Made by a program: the position numbers and the translations under genes. Positions 62,601 through 64,000 of a stretch of 64,000 nt of DNA are shown piece by piece (position 1 is the stretch's first letter; each line of letters begins with the position of its first letter). Source of the stretch: Psammoneis japonica (Eukaryota); assembly GCA_008632985.1 (NCBI GenBank), contig QPGO01000023.1, forward strand, positions 217,266-281,265. The letters are read 5' to 3'. The notes beneath the pieces were generated by a model. It was not told the origin of the DNA. It saw only the letters and a list, made by a program, of their open reading frames with translations, and ran no database searches.

Positions 62601-63500
62601 GTCAAGCTCCTCATGAGTGGTGCGCAGTTTCTGTGTGGCTGGTTTCCAATTGCTGTTCATGTGGGACATCTTGAGACATTTCACCCCATGCCTCAAAATG
62701 AGACATTCTTCCACATTGTGCACCTGACACTGTCACCACCATGCAACACTCAGCATTTGATGCCTTTCTCTCCTGACTGTTGACCCCAGCAATTTTAAGG
62801 AATGTCGTCCATTTTTCCATGGCCCTGGTGCTTCATGGGGACATTGTGGCATGACCTTCCTGCTTGCCTTTGGCAGAAACAAGTTTTGCAATGGCATGAG
62901 TCCATGGGTCAAAATCCTGTGGGATTGTCTGCTTTTGCCATGTGTTTGGAGTGCTTCATTCAAATGAGTCAACCAACTTATCTTCTGGCAATGATGCAGG
63001 TGCAAAACCATTTTCAATCACAGACAGAAACAGCAAGATGTGGCCATTCAGCTCACTGGCCTTTGTGGCACAGAGTCGCCTGTCTTCACACCATTTGGCT
63101 TGAGTGCAAAACATCACAGAGACAACATGCTTTTGCAGCAGCACTGCCTTGTGCAGGAAGATGCTTTCTGTCACCTTTGAGATGCACACCTTGAACAAAA
63201 ACACATTGGCCTCCCCCTGATGCCCCTTTGACACACCATCATCAAATGCAGCAAAGACATTGCCTTGCTTTGAGCAGCTGCTGCACAAGCAAAAATTCTC
63301 CAGTCTGGTGGCAAAATTTTGCCCTGTCACAACATGGCCTGCATTGTGCAGAAACACAACGGGTGGGTTCTTCACAAACACAATGCACAAAAAAGCACTG
63401 AAAACCACTCACAGAAAACCACTCAGCTTGTGTGTTGGACTGTCAGCATCAGCTGGTAAGTTCCTGAGCTCACACATCTTGTGCTCTCCTTTTGGCAGCA
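59700..63500 (-). mobile_element. Decayed Ty3/Gypsy LTR retrotransposon (protease-RT-RH-integrase order); boundaries approximate
   Basis: Protease tail HMVVG*DML (~62035-62063); RT start FSLPK..WFVGNFCELN..HPIPHVQDMLHELEGF.WVSS.DL (~61440-61600); integrase zinc-finger region IKKNVMWHG...DCACMCP (~59960-60030). No LTRs seen. Confidence 0.8.
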
Positions 63501-64000
63501 TCTTTTTCTCTGGATGTTTGAGCAGAGATGGCAGCTCAACCTGCTTTTTCATGGTTGGCTAACTTGCTGATGTTGGTTTCAATGAGACTTTGTGACCTTG
63601 CACATTGTTTGCAGCAGCAATGTTGCTGTGCATTGTGCACTTCTGTCAGGTGATAAAAACAACAGGTTGTTGAAAGTTGCAATGTGTTGTGGAGTTCATG
63701 AGACCAGGTTGTCTCTGGAAAAAGAATTGTGGTGTGAATGGGGAGTTGTGCAAATGCCCTGTTGAATTTCTCTTTGGAGATCACATGTGGTCAGCTGTGC
63801 CAGAGTTTCTCCAACTCCATTTGCACATGATCATGAATGTGTGCACCACATGCTGCTCTTGTGCAACATCATGCCAGCCATGCTGATGGCCTGTCAATGC
63901 ACACATGCCACATGCACAGATGCTTGCTTCTAAAATGCCCAAGTCACCAAGCCAAAGGGCCTCTGTGCTTTCATGCCAACCCTGTTGCAGCACTCTTGAC

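Larger units (their letters stand above)
52570..64000. other. CpG- and TpA-depleted decayed island 3 (heterochromatin-like), runs off the window
   Basis: Hand count for 61201-61500: 0 TA and 0 CG. Confidence 0.9.

Noticed and set aside
1..64000. rRNA, tRNA or other structured RNA genes
   Set aside because: None recognised by eye; a covariance-model scan would be needed to exclude them.

Overview
Eukaryotic nuclear DNA, most likely a pennate diatom. This is inferred from ~80-125 nt GT-AG introns, signal peptide + 'AF/SF' bipartite plastid-targeting N-termini, a helicase-associated-domain protein and a diatom-type Gypsy relic. Gene-dense blocks carry Orai, Vps11, Sec15, an HDAC-family deacetylase, PIMT, a STAND/AAA_16-TPR protein, a 2H phosphoesterase, an APT1-like thioesterase, AIM24, a BIN4-like protein, a PaO-family Rieske oxygenase, an FZO/BDLP-like GTPase and an extended-SDR/SDR fusion. 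These blocks alternate with three islands (~5.3-7.8 kb, ~31.9-34.1 kb, ~52.6-64 kb) in which both CpG and TpA are nearly absent and TG/CA dominate. Conserved transposon motifs in the last island and in the MULE at the window start can be restored by reverting CG->TG/CA and TA->TG/CA. That points to a two-arm, repeat-directed hypermutation process whose TpA arm is not explained by 5mC deamination; this is the strongest candidate for an undescribed system here. The last island also holds a ~180-bp-monomer/540-bp higher-order tandem array and a decayed Ty3/Gypsy element. The window opens inside a nearly intact spliced MULE transposase with a convergent second gene. Many single-base frameshifts in housekeeping genes look like long-read assembly errors. 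All calls are by eye from motifs; no database searches were run.
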